Source: Craspedostauros australis
Lineage: Eukaryota
Assembly (NCBI GenBank): GCA_030167865.1
Contig: JALAGF010003714.1
Location: 1 to 33,320 of the forward strand
Direction: 5' to 3'
Length of the DNA: 33,320 nucleotides
The notes under the pieces were generated by a model. That model saw only the letters and a list, made by a program, of their open reading frames with translations. It did not search any database and was not told the origin of the DNA. Shown here in pieces: positions 33,045 through 33,320 of this stretch (its first letter is position 1; every line of letters begins with the position of its first letter). The position numbers and the translations under genes are program-made.

Positions 33045-33320
33045 GTGCTAAGCTTCGTACGGATGGCAACGCAACAAAGAAGTCGTTCGTCTATCTAAGT
33101 TCGTTCATGGAGCGTTATCCTGTCAAGGTCATCTTGCTGAGCTCAACAAACTTCGGCCAGCGAAATTTTCCCAATCTCGCTCCATCTCGATCAACAGCTT
33201 CCTCTCTCTCTGTTTGCCCGCAATCACTCGCACAGCACCGCGATACACCGCACTGAACCTCGCCATGCATCCTGCACCTCAAGCAACTAATCATAAATCA
33301 CTCGTTATCAGTTTACAAGA

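Noticed and set aside
1-33320. Prokaryotic systems (CRISPR, operons, IS elements), tRNA or rRNA genes
   Set aside because: No repeat-spacer arrays, cloverleafs or rRNA motifs were seen; the tandem repeats are coding or microsatellite and the genes carry spliceosomal introns.

Overview
Eukaryotic nuclear DNA, most likely from a diatom (probably pennate; species cannot be determined). The evidence is GT-AG spliceosomal introns, a diatom-type HSF, a DUF6824-like domain, an ASAFAP-like plastid presequence and RXL motifs. About 11 genes are supported: three + strand paralogs of an unnamed family with a shared Cys-rich C-terminal domain (one partial at 2-172, missed by the ORF track; the two complete copies look like type II membrane proteins), an HtrL/YibB-like glycosyltransferase candidate lying between them, KRI1, a 2-exon HSF with polyQ, a 3-exon GSK3/shaggy kinase, a DUF6824-like gene, a DUF1365 gene, a 3-exon ~1178-aa type I membrane protein with RXL motifs and a long Asp-x repeat (assembled here from three separate ORFs), and the 5' part of a plastid-targeted DUF1517/FLAP1-like gene. 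Gene-poor stretches (8.2-11.7, 17.5-19.9 and 22.1-25.3 kb) may hold decayed gene relics. I found no RNA genes, CRISPR arrays or recognisable transposons. All family assignments come from motif recognition by eye; no searches were run.
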